Shown: in pieces, positions 51,713 to 62,717 of the stretch
How the letters are laid out: each line of letters opens with the position of its first letter
Position numbering within the stretch: the stretch's first letter is position 1
NCBI GenBank assembly: GCA_965603825.1
Contig: CBFDEM010000004.1
Coordinates: 558,001 to 622,000 of the forward strand
DNA: 64,000 bases
Direction: 5' to 3'
DNA from: Blepharisma stoltei ATCC 30299
Taxonomy: Eukaryota; Protista; Ciliophora
Translations under genes and position numbers: made by a program
The notes under the pieces: model-generated
What the model was told of the DNA's origin: nothing
Database searches by the model: none
The model's input: the letters and a program-made list of their open reading frames with translations, nothing else

Positions 51713-53805
51713 ATGTTTAAACGTGAATATCTGGAAGATTCAGATAGCTTTTCAGACCCATCAGATCTGGAAAATCCTCCATATGATTAGCAGCACCCTG
51801 GATCATTTCAGCCAGCTCACCTTGAAAGAGATTTTGAAGATGAAGAAAAGCCCAAATATCAAAACCTCCAGCCTGTTGAAGAAAACTACTTTAATACGAA
51901 TCCAGCACCTCCTACTTATTACCAACCACAACCAGGCGAGTATGCAACAGGCGGATACGTCAGAGAAGGCATGGGTGGGTTAAAAATAGGTATCCAACCT
52001 GGAAGAAAAGAAAATAGCGAAAAAGTTGGATTTATTAATTTAGAAGACCCTGAAAAACAAGAGCCACGTCCTGATACAAGCTCAGCAAGGCCAGGGAGCA
52101 GCAATGCTCAAATGCGTGCTCAGATGCTTAAAATGCAAAGAAGTAAATTAATGAGCAGAGGAAGTACTATAACTGCACAAATACAGTCTAGCGATATATT
52201 CATTCCGGGGGTCAGCCCAATGGTTATACAAGGGCGAGAGCAAAATTCTGGGATTCAGTCTTATTTATTCTCGAATCAAATTTTAAAAGAAACAGATTTA
52301 AGCGGTAATAGAGAACTAAGAGGGTTCACTGCACCCAAAAACTTTGTATATGAACCTGGTCCTATAAAGTCTAACCAACCTGATAACTTGCCAGGGCCTA
52401 TTAAGCCTGAAAGAACTGTATTTAGAGCTGAGGAAGAACTTGAAGAAGTAAAGCTTGATGAAGGATCAAGGCATACACCAAGCAAAACACTCCAAGGAAT
52501 CCATAAGCAGCTTGAAGACCAAAAAAATCATCCAGTTCCTTCACCACAATATGAAAGACCTGTCCAGCCTCAGTCTGAAAGCCGATCTTCAACTGCAGCT
52601 GAAAATTTCATTCCTCCTGAGCCGAAATATATCCCTCTTGAATCTAAACCCACAAGCCAGCCTGAACAGCATATCAAACCGCCAATAGCAGAGGCATATC
52701 AACCAAACATTTCTCCTCAAGAAAAAATACCTGCTAGGCCAAATGATCCTCAAAGACAGCAATTTTTTGATGAAAAGCAACATTATTCAAGAGAAGATAG
52801 GCCTACTCCTAATGGACAAGATGAAAGGCGACCGCCAGAAAATAGAATTCCTCCTCCAGATCCCCGAAAACAACAAAATGGCAAACCAGAGCCTCCAGCT
52901 CCAACACATCCTCTTAACAGACCAGATTCTGCAGATGCTAAAAGGGAGCAAAATATTCCTCGACAGCCGTCTGTAAATATTCGTGAAGTCCTAGCCCAAG
53001 AAATGACTGATATGAAGAAATTCCTGACAAGTCCAATCACTCGAGGCATAATGCTGCAATGCAATATCAGACGAGAAAAGCCAGGATTTGGCAGATTATA
53101 CGCAAAATATTATTTTCATATCACAGATGGCATGACATTTCTGCTGGCTGGTAAAAAGAGAGGAGGAAACCGAACCTCAAACTATATGATTACAAGTAAC
53201 CAAAGAGAATTTTCAGTAAAATCTCCTGCATACTCAGGCAAAGTCCGGTCAAATTTCCTTGGAACGGAATTCCATATCTATGACACTGGCATGAATCCAA
53301 AACATAGAGGTGCTAATGCTATGAATGCAAGAGAAGAATTAGCAATTATTTTATATGTAAGCATCATTTAGCAATCAAATATCCTGGGTTCAAAAGGACC
53401 AAGAAAAATGAGAGTTTTGATACCAGCTGTAAATAATGCAGGAGACCATTGTGTCTGAAAGCCAATGAACGTAATATTTACTTAGAAAGAAGACGGGATG
53501 CTTCAGCAATATAATGCGGGAAATACATCAGGGATGCTTTGCTTCTTTAATAAGCCTCCGAAGTGGAATGAGCGTAAATTATAAGCAGATGTACAAGCTT
53601 TTGTGCTAAATTTCAATGGCAGAGTTGATATAGCCAGTGTAAAAAATTTCCAATTGATTGATGATAGAGATGAAAATAAAATTTATATGCAGTTTGGGAG
53701 GTGGGAGATCAAAATTTTAATTTAGACTTCCAGTGGCCATTTTCACCTCTCCAAGCATTTGGAATTGCACTTTCAAGTTTTGATTATAAGTTTGCATGTG
53801 AGTAA
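51713..53805 (+). CDS. Tubby-domain protein with three introns, an in-frame TAG and an apparent 1-nt deletion
   Basis: [51 protein letters not shown] and [20 protein letters not shown]. Confidence 0.85.
53357..53371 (+). other. 15-nt intron
   Basis: GTAAGCATCATTTAG. Removal gives [14 protein letters not shown]. Confidence 0.9.
53471..53485 (+). other. 15-nt intron
   Basis: GTAATATTTACTTAG contains an in-frame TAG. Confidence 0.88.
53574..53588 (+). other. 15-nt intron
   Basis: GTAAATTATAAGCAG contains an in-frame TAA. Removal gives [12 protein letters not shown]. Confidence 0.88.
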
Positions 53806-54133
53806 TATTAATTTATTTGGAAATGGCAGCCTTGAGAAAAATCTTAATAATTATCATTTTATTTTATTTTTATCATTAGATATTTTGAAATGATGTAAAA
53901 TCTAGTAATTTAATTATAATGAAATTCATCAGAACGATTGGAGAATAGGTGAATATCTGCAGCATAAGAAAACTATACAATTAGCATTTTTTTAATACAA
54001 ATTTGTGCCTTTTAAAAGAAGGAAATTCTATTATTTCTAAGATCTTCTGCTTGAAAATAGTTATTTATTTCTTGTGCTACAAAAAATTGCAAAGCAATAT
54101 TATTAAATAATTTATAAGAAAACTCTTATAGCT

Positions 54134-54796
54134 TTACTCCCTTGCTTTAAGCTCTATTGTAGTTGAATCATTATTTTTACGGTCTTCATCCCATGCAATT
54201 TTAAGATTACTCCTATCAAAGGAGTAGTTTGCCCTTGTATCTACTAGACTAGGAAGAACATGCTTTTCTGTTATTCTATCATAAAGAAACAGTGTCATTC
54301 CACATGTATAAACTAATGAAAATACGCTTGTCCCCACTGATATTATTAGCACATAATTTCAGTCTCCTAAGCTACCTCCATTATATACTTGCAAAATTAT
54401 TTGAGGGATACTTTTAATAAAACCTTGGATTACACCTGTAATTTTTGTCATAAAATCAATTAATTCTCTTTCTTCTCTTTTAGATTTGTTGAGATAAATA
54501 TAAACTGCAAAAATAATCAGCGTTAAACCAGTTTGTTCGCCAAAGGCAAAAAATAAGCTCAAACCTGCTCTAAAGCACAAAAGTCTTCTTTTATTCCTTA
54601 TAAGATCATAAAATGTTGTTAAAATGCATAAAGAGACGATAAGGATTCCTGGGGCGACCAAAAATAATATAGACGCGTAATATAAAGTTCTACTTGCAAA
54701 GTGCTGAGTGAGAATGTAATATATGTCTGTTAATAGGTCTATGATATTTGCAACACCTCCTAATAAGAATAATAAGGTATCAGCTTTCAGGCCCAT
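54134..54796 (-). CDS. Multi-pass membrane protein, XK-related-like
   Basis: Joined through TGA at 54359. DLLTDIYY and KSIPQIILQVYN resemble XK-related motifs; several TM segments. Confidence 0.55.
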
Positions 54797-55723
54797 TATT
54801 ATAAGCTAATTATTTCTTTTCATTTGAATCTTTTTAAATTTATTAAGACAGTTCTATTTTGGCTTTATATCGAGAAAATGATTTTTCTTATTAAAAAAGG
54901 ACATTAGAGTTTGATTAGAATATTTTTTAAAATTATTAAGATTGTTAATTTTCTGAGTGAGTATATTTTGGCTATTTCTAGGCAAATAGACTAGCCATCT
55001 TGATTTATTTAATATTAGCACATCCAAACTTATTAAAAAACAATTCAATTAATTTAAAAAATTGATTAGATAGGTATTAAATAGATTTGAATTGCTTAAT
55101 TATTTAGTGAGAAATTATAGTATAGAATTAGCTGTTAAAATAAATTATAGATAAGCTAAAATTTTAAGTAATTTAGGGCTTAGCATATAAAGGAAAATCT
55201 TTGGCAATATAAATATGTTATATATGCGTCCTTGGCTGTTGCTTAAATTTAATAGTTCATATGCAGACATGGTAATATAAGATAGAATATGTCAATGATC
55301 AAATAATACTCGTAGAGATTGTGACAGGAGTATATCTTTCCTTTAGAAGAATAAACTCTGAAGTATCTATTTATATTGCCTTATTAAAAGTTTATTTAAG
55401 GATAGATAAAATTCCTTGTATGAATAGTAACTTTTTGGTAATCAAAATAGAATAATAAGAAATGGATAATATCAATCCCTAGACTATCAGCAGACTCTGC
55501 TAGATTCATAATGAGATAGGCCCTAAATTCTGAGCAAATAAGAAATAAGTCAGGAAGGAAGGAAGGATAGAATCTGATAAATACAAAATAAGATAGGTCT
55601 TAAACTTTGAGAGCAGGTAAAATATGGTATAAATGGCGATTTTCTATCCTTGTTATTTATTTAGAGAAAACTCATAATTTATGTTTTTGAAATTTTATAA
55701 TATATTCTTAAAGATTTGCGTTT

Positions 55724-56233
55724 CTATTTGCTATGAATCTTGGTTGAAACAAAGTTTACTTCACTTGCTCCACATTCATCATTGCAATCTGGTGTTGGAA
55801 CTGACACGCATTTCACGCTTACACCTCTAGGACCTTCGTCTCCTTGGTCACCCTGGCATCCTGCGCAACCTTGAGGGCCTTGACATCCGACTTCTCCATC
55901 TGGTCCTTTTGGTCCGTCTTCTCCTTTTGGTCCTCTTGGGCCTTTACAACCTTTAAGTCCACATGGTCCGCATGGTCCTGGACATCCTTGTGGTCCACAT
56001 GGTCCGCATGGACCTGGTGGACCTTGTGGTCCTGTTGGTCCTTGTGGTCCTACTGGTCCAGCACAAACATCATCGATTTTTTCGTCATATTCAAAGCATT
56101 CTTCTGCTTTACAACCTCCACATCCATCATCGACTCCTTGAATTAACCCAGTATTTTTTACTTGCTTAAATAAAGTTGGTTTGACTGCCGATACAGCAAT
56201 AAAGAGTGCGATAAGAATTGCAATCCTAGCCAT
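55724..56233 (-). CDS. Secreted Cys-rich short collagen-like protein 4 (27 Gly-X-Y), 169 aa
   Basis: Signal peptide [20 protein letters not shown]...ECF N-terminal region, 27 triplets GPV...GVS. Confidence 0.9.
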   Translation of the reverse strand: MARIAILIALFIAVSAVKPTLFKQVKNTGLIQGVDDGCGGCKAEECFEYDEKIDDVCAGPVGPQGPTGPQGPPGPCGPCGPQGCPGPCGPCGLKGCKGPRGPKGEDGPKGPDGEVGCQGPQGCAGCQGDQGDEGPRGVSVKCVSVPTPDCNDECGASEVNFVSTKIHSK

Positions 56234-56266
56234 TATGTTATATTATACCAGTATTTCATCGTGCTA

Positions 56267-56290
56267 ATATGTTTATAAATGGTGAAAAAA
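56267..56290 (-). promoter_or_regulatory. Conserved upstream motif, collagen-like gene 4
   Basis: Plus strand ATATGTTTATAAATGGTGAAAAAA, 34 nt upstream of the ATG. Confidence 0.65.
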
Positions 56291-56725
56291 AATATAAATA
56301 GTCCTATCAGAATTATGTAGCATTAAAATGGATTATTTTAGCAATGAAAATTATTAAAATATTTCATTAGAGCTATTTTTTGATTTCAATTTATTAGAAC
56401 TTGTAGTGACTTTCTTCATTATAAAGTTTTTATACTTGTTTAATGCAATCTATATTAGTTTGCCAAGAGTCATAAATAGTTCAATAATTCGAAAAATAAC
56501 CTATAAACGATAAAAAATTTTAAATAAGCAATTTCGAATCAATATAAATAGGCCTAAATAATTAAATTTGCTTTTAGGTTAGAGCATAATCATAATTTCA
56601 AAGAAATTCATAATTTATAAATGCTAAGCAAATCATATGTTTTTCTTTAAAATTTATCTTTCGTGAGTTTATTTTAGTTTGATGGTTATAGTGCAATGTA
56701 GCCGAATAATTATAGTTAATTAAAT

Positions 56726-57214
56726 TTAATTTGCTCCGCATTCATTATTGCAATCTGGTGTTGGAACTGACACGCATTTCACGCTTACACCTCTAGGACC
56801 TTCGTCTCCTTGGTCACCCTGGCATCCTGCACAACCTTGAGGGCCTTGACATCCGACTTCTCCATCTGGTCCTTTTGGTCCGTCTTCTCCTTTTGGTCCT
56901 CTTGGGCCTTTACAACCTTTAAGTCCACATGGTCCGCATGGTCCTGGACATCCTTGTGGTCCACATGGTCCGCATGGGCCTGGTGGACCTTGTGGTCCTG
57001 TTGGTCCTTGTGGTCCTACTGGTCCAGCACAAACATCATCGATTTCTTCGTCAAATTCAAAGCATTCTTCTGCTTTACAATCGCCACATTGTCCTTCACC
57101 AACTCCTTGAATTAGCCCAGTATTTTTAACTTTGCCATCTTCTTGCTTAAATAAGCTTGGTTTGACTGCCGATACAGCAATGAAGAATATGACAAGAATT
57201 GCAATTTTGACCAT
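56726..57214 (-). CDS. Secreted Cys-rich short collagen-like protein 5, tandem paralog of protein 4, 162 aa
   Basis: Collagen domain is identical in amino-acid sequence to gene 4, at a DNA offset of 966 bp. Confidence 0.9.
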   Translation of the reverse strand: MVKIAILVIFFIAVSAVKPSLFKQEDGKVKNTGLIQGVGEGQCGDCKAEECFEFDEEIDDVCAGPVGPQGPTGPQGPPGPCGPCGPQGCPGPCGPCGLKGCKGPRGPKGEDGPKGPDGEVGCQGPQGCAGCQGDQGDEGPRGVSVKCVSVPTPDCNNECGAN

Positions 57215-57246
57215 TATTTATATCATACCAGCATTTCACTGGGCTC

Positions 57247-57270
57247 ATATGTTTGCAAATGGTGAAAAAA
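57247..57270 (-). promoter_or_regulatory. Conserved upstream motif, collagen-like gene 5
   Basis: Plus strand ATATGTTTGCAAATGGTGAAAAAA, 33 nt upstream of the ATG. Confidence 0.65.
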
Positions 57271-58279
57271 ATGTCTTTAAATAATCCTATCAGAAAGATT
57301 TTTTTATATTTAAATAAATTTAATGGTAGTTAATTACCTTTGTCTTTCATCAATATAAATAATTTTATTTCGAACTGCCTCATATTTACAGCTAACAACT
57401 TTATTATTAAAAATGTGTATTTATTAGCATTTAGATCCGTGAAAACTCTAAAGCAGGGTCCATGAATTGTTTAAATGCGCTAAATAAATAAACAAAATAT
57501 AAGAGACACTTCATTGAATGAACCAAACTTAAGAGCTCATGAAATAATTGAAATTTATAAAATTAACATATTCTATATTAGACTAATTTGATACCTAAAA
57601 CTTAAACTCTGTAATTTGATGTTATGAATTTTATTGCATAAGCTTATGATTATTTCAGTACTTGCACACTGATGCGATCTGGTGATTTATATGCCAAAGG
57701 CTCTGCGAAGTATGCAGTATTATGCTAAAGAATATAAATGCGTTTGATTGTTGATTTTGTTATTTTGCAGCAGTTCAGAGAAGGGGGTATGAAAAAATAT
57801 GTTACCTTTAAAAACTTATTAACGATCAGAGATCTTAATTATTTTTTCATATCCAACTAATACGCTAACCTTAATGTAGTACATGCATAAGGCTAATAAC
57901 TCTAGAATAAGTAAGATGAGTGCATCAAATCACACAATTGAAAGCCATGCAGTGTGCCTCAATTCGTTAGGCTGATTGTCATGCATTTCATATTGCATCA
58001 GACATTACACATGATTAAAGCCATATGCATATAGCATCACAGGCTATAGTTATGACACTCAATATCTTTCATAATTAGGCCATGTAAATACTTACTGAAG
58101 TGTCTTAGAAGATGCACAATTCGTGGAGCCAATGACTTCAAAGAATGTCGAACTCTTTAATAAAAGTATTAAATGCAATATTATATATATCTTTTACTTC
58201 CAGCTCATCCGCAATTTACTTTTTGCTTACAAAAACTCTTTATAAAATGTTTTGAAATGATATTTTATTGATGAAATTA

Positions 58280-59218
58280 TTATTCAATTAAATTAGATTT
58301 AGGACCTTCTTGATTTTGAGTGGATTTCGGCTCATAATTATCCCCAGTCCGTCCCGGTCTTGCAGCAGGATCTGTGGATAATGTTTTTCTTTTGCTATCA
58401 TAGCTTCTTTCTTCATCAATTTCTCTTCTTGAATCCTTTTTATCCATTTTCTTATTCGCATAAAACTGGGTCTTTGATGAATTTTTCTGCCTTCTTTTAA
58501 TAGTTTTTTCTTTATGCTCTTCTACATCTTTTGTAGCATTATGAAGCACTCGTTGAACGCTATCAATCACAGGGTGTCCTACTGGCAAATTTTTCTTTGC
58601 AAAATCCACAGCTTTTTGATACATAGTTATAGCTTCGTTCGTTCTTTTTAAATATTCGAGTTCTACTGCCATATTATGATAAGCAATAGCTAAAACAGGT
58701 GCATGCTCTTCAAAGCCTTGATTTGCTTGAGTGGTCGTTATGAAAAGATCTTGCAAAAGTATGACAGCTTGCATAGCATGCTCTAAGGCTTTTTCATGCT
58801 TGTCAATCTGTGAAAGAGAGGCACACAAGTTTAAATGAGTATTCGGTGTGTCATTATCGAGCGCTAGAGCTTTTTTTAAATACGTTAAAGCTACCCTTGC
58901 TTTTCCAGTTTTCCTATAATAGCAAGCGAGGTTATTGTAAGTTATCGCTCTAGCATGATCATCAGTTTCACATAAAAGTTCAGCTCTTTTCAATAGATCA
59001 AAAGCTAAATCTGAATCGTCTCGCTGAAGATAATGGGTTGCTAGAATATTGCAAAGTTCGCATAATTTGTGATAACTTTTTTTTACTTCTTGGCTGTCTT
59101 CTCCAAACCTCACTTTTCGAATATTTAGGCCTCGTTCAACAATATCAAGGGCATCAACGTATTTTCCTTCAGCTTTGAATTTCTCAGAAAGCCTGTCTAA
59201 TTCATCTAAATCTTCCAT
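58280..59218 (-). CDS. TPR-repeat protein
   Basis: AITYNNLACYYRKTGK, THLNLCASLSQ and AIAYHNMAVELEYL. Confidence 0.85.
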   Translation of the reverse strand: MEDLDELDRLSEKFKAEGKYVDALDIVERGLNIRKVRFGEDSQEVKKSYHKLCELCNILATHYLQRDDSDLAFDLLKRAELLCETDDHARAITYNNLACYYRKTGKARVALTYLKKALALDNDTPNTHLNLCASLSQIDKHEKALEHAMQAVILLQDLFITTTQANQGFEEHAPVLAIAYHNMAVELEYLKRTNEAITMYQKAVDFAKKNLPVGHPVIDSVQRVLHNATKDVEEHKEKTIKRRQKNSSKTQFYANKKMDKKDSRREIDEERSYDSKRKTLSTDPAARPGRTGDNYEPKSTQNQEGPKSNLIE

Positions 59219-59517
59219 TATGAGTTAATAATAAATAGCTAAGTAGGTAAAAGTTAGAGCATTAGAAAAAGTTGAGGTAGTGGCATAGAAGAAATAAATG
59301 ATGCATTTCTTTAAAATAAAAGAAAAAATGCATTTGAATTTAAATGAAATCAGGAAATTTTCGGCTTAAAATTGTATTTTTTGAAAATATTTTAAAGCCA
59401 AGCTCTAACTTCAAAAAGAAATCATTTATTTTAAAATTGATGATTCTCTTCTTTATAAAACAAGCTAAAACTATTTAATTTACCTTATTTTTTGAATATG
59501 ATTACTTAAATCTCTTG

Positions 59518-60693
59518 TTATTCAGTTGGCTGGGCGTTCCAAAAAGATGAAAATAAAGATTGCTGATTGGTAAATTCAGGGAGTTCTTCATCATTGATTT
59601 CATTTTTTTCAATAGCTTGGTTTTTCCCAATGTTCTGGCTATTCCAAAAGGCTGAAAATAAAGATTGCTGGCTATGAAAAGTAGGTATTTCTTCATCATT
59701 AATTTCATGTTTTTCAGCTGCTTGATTTTTTCCATCAGAATCTGAGTTATCGAACCATGAAGTTTCTTGACCACTCTTGCTTCCATTTGACATATAACTC
59801 CATGAAGTGGCTAAAGTTGGTGTTTCCGGATAACAAAATATGGAATCTTTTTTTCCTAATACAATGCCAAAAGGTTCTTGGCTTGGCTCAATGATTTCTT
59901 CTTTTATTTTTTCATGATGGCTATGGTCTTTATGAACTTCTATTTGAGCTATTTGCTCATTAATAATAGGGATTTCTCTGATGGGTTCTGTAATGATAAA
60001 AGTTTCTTTGACTGGGATATTGTTGGCTTTATGAACAACTGGAGGTGCAATCTCTAAAATATCGTCAACATAATAATTGTAATCTATCAACTCTTCATCA
60101 TTTTGGGAATTCACTGGCTTATACAAAGCCTTGAACGCGTTATTCAGCTCTTGCGGAAAAATAGTTAACAAGTTTCCAGTTTTTTCAACTCAAAGATTAT
60201 AAACGCCATAAAAGTTGGAAAATTTGGCTGATAGATAAGCTTTGAACGGCTGAACTGATTGATTCATATAAGTTTTCACTGCTAAAGCAGTTATATAAAG
60301 CATTGCTTTAAATGGTATAAATGTTTCTATCCATACGAATCTTTTTAAGTATATATCTCAAACGACGATTTCTAGGTCATTAAGCATCATTTCTTCAGCG
60401 GTTTCGGTCAAGAGAACTAAAAGTGGCAAGCGTCTTAGCTCATTTGGAACATTTGGATTTGTGGCGCATCTGCGGAGCAGGATTGTTCCTTGGTGGCTCA
60501 GTTTAAATTCAGCTCTTAGTAGCTTGTAAGTGTTATAGTCTAGGATTTGTTGCATATTTAGCTCATCTTGTTTAGAAGAATAGTAAGTGCTTGGCTTTAT
60601 AGGGATTGGGACATGCAAAATGTCAGGTGAAGGCGATTTTTTGATATTTTTGATTTTTGAAGGTTTTTTGGAAGAATTTTGAGGGTTTTTCAT
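59518..60693 (-). CDS. Hypothetical protein, 391 aa, with a 35-aa C-terminal tandem duplication
   Basis: ORFs 60358-60693 and 59518-60171 join in one frame via TGA (LEIVV-W-DIYLKRFVW...YNL-W-VEK). GKNQA..EINDEE..QQSLFS.FWN occurs twice. Confidence 0.7.
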
Positions 60694-61253
60694 AGGACTT
60701 CTGATAGCAAATATTACAAATAGTAATAATTCTATCAGTTCATAATGGATGAAATTTCATATAAATCAAAATTTATCATACCTAATAGAAGATGTGTGCT
60801 AATTATAAAGATCATTAATATTTATAAGAATTCCACTAATACTTTTTTCTATTAAATTCCTAATTAAAATTCATTCCTATGTCAGATTCGGATTTTAATT
60901 TCTTGAAAGAAAAAAAATTGAAAGAGTTTTTGTATAATTCCTTTAAGAAACTTGAATATTTTGGTGGCTAATTTATCAGCTTTAAAATAATATGCTTTTT
61001 AAACGGCCAATGCTAAAATTTTTGGACTTCTCCTTTTAATGGCTATCAGGCATGATCAGAACTCCCAATAATATTTAGCTATATTCTGATTTGACTACAA
61101 ATGTGATCTTTAGGAATTTTCTTGCATAATTATAATATCAAAGGCTCATAATACATTTTTATTTTATAATTCCCATAACAAATTTCCATAATATTTTATT
61201 TCTATTCCATAATGATAAAATTTAATATCTCTTCCTATTATTTGTACACAACT

Positions 61254-62525
61254 TTAATTAAGCTCTTCTTCCTCTTCCTCTTCTTCAAATTCCTTCGGCA
61301 TTCTTCTTCCTACCTGCCTTGACTGATTATCATACTCTTCCTTCATTTTTTCGTATTCTTCTTTCTTATGAGGAAAATGATATAATAAAATTTCTTCGTA
61401 AATTAAATCTTTCAATTGCCTCATTGTTAAAGGCAGCTTTTCAAACTCAAAATCAAACATAGAGACTGGCGTCGTTGTAGGTTCATCCTCCTCACAATGA
61501 AATGTTGACAAATATGGATGTTCTAAAGCATCTTGTATGGTAATTCTTTTATCGGGGTTAAAAATAAGCATTTTTCTTAGTAAATCCAGGGCATCTGGAT
61601 TGGCATCTCTAAAAATTGTCTGAAAATTTTTCCCTTGCTTTTGATGTATGTGGGCAACTTTTTCTTTTGAGAGGGGATTTGGGATAGATTCAATATCTTC
61701 ACTGCTAGGTGTCCCAATCAAATTAAAAATTAAATCTAATTGGTGGTTAGAATCATTTCCAGGCAAAATGGGCTTCCTAAGTAGAAGTTCCCCAAATAAA
61801 CACCCAACCGATCACATATCCATTGCTGAAGAATATTTTTTGTAAGAAAGCAATACTTCTGGAGCTCTATACCATCTTGTAGCAACATAATCAGTCATTT
61901 GAGCTCCAGATACCTTTAAATCGCTAATAATCGGCCTTGCAAGCCCAAAATCGCAAATTTTCAAATCGCAATTTGAATTAACAAGCAAGTTTCTTGGCTT
62001 AAGGTCTCTATGTATTATTCCTGCACTATGCATGTATTTGAGACCCATAAGGATTTGATATAAGAAGAATTGACAATGCTCGTCTGAAAATACTTGCGGA
62101 GATTTTATTATAGCACTTAAATCAGTTTCCATAAGCTCACTTATGACATAAATTTCATCAAATTCTTCTCGAGAAGTTGGCAGCTGTATGGAAATTATTC
62201 TCATAATATTATCGTGCTCCAAGAGTCTTAAAATTTTAAGCTCTCTTAAAGTTCGCTTTGTAAACGTTGAATGCTCAAATGCTTTTTCGATTTTTTTTAT
62301 AGCTACACGTTCGCCTGTAAGAGTGTCTCTTGCAGAGACTACTACTCCATAGGCACCACTGCCTACAGTTCCAATAATTTCATATCTTGCATCAATTAGG
62401 AAAGTGGCTCCTATTACATTAACTTGTTTTTTGTTCACCATGGACGGGCCGCCAACATGAGAAAGTGCGTAGGGGTTTCTAGTAGGAGGTGATGAATTAG
62501 AATTAGTTCTACTTTCAGACTCCAT
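61254..62525 (-). CDS. MAP kinase with TDY activation motif
   Basis: GSGAYG, VAIKK, HRDLKP, DFGLAR, MTDYVATRWYRAPE and DM-W(TGA 61812)-SVGC. Confidence 0.93.
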
Positions 62526-62717
62526 TTTTGTCACTTTTATATTTGAAACATATGAGTGAAATTCTTTTATTTGCACCTGATAATTATTCAGAAAGTTTCA
62601 CATATAAATGAGATACTTTTGTGTTTGCAATAATAAATTTAGCATAAATGAAAGACAAAAAGAGAAAAATAATTCTTGTAAGAAGCTAAAAATTAAGAAA
62701 ACTGAAATTTAATTATA

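Noticed and set aside
41970-57129. Trp/Ser-rich and Leu/Val-rich antisense or alternate-frame ORFs over the collagen-like genes
   Set aside because: They are shadows of the GGA-CCN codon periodicity, which suppresses stops in other frames.
57975-58020. CHAFH...CI..WLK-like fragments suggesting a RING-H2 remnant
   Set aside because: The pieces lie in different frames with wrong spacing and lack the flanking CxxC pairs.
62541-62556. ATTTGAAACATATGAG resembling the collagen upstream motif
   Set aside because: Partial match, and orientation and spacing do not fit either flanking gene; plausible by chance in AT-rich DNA.
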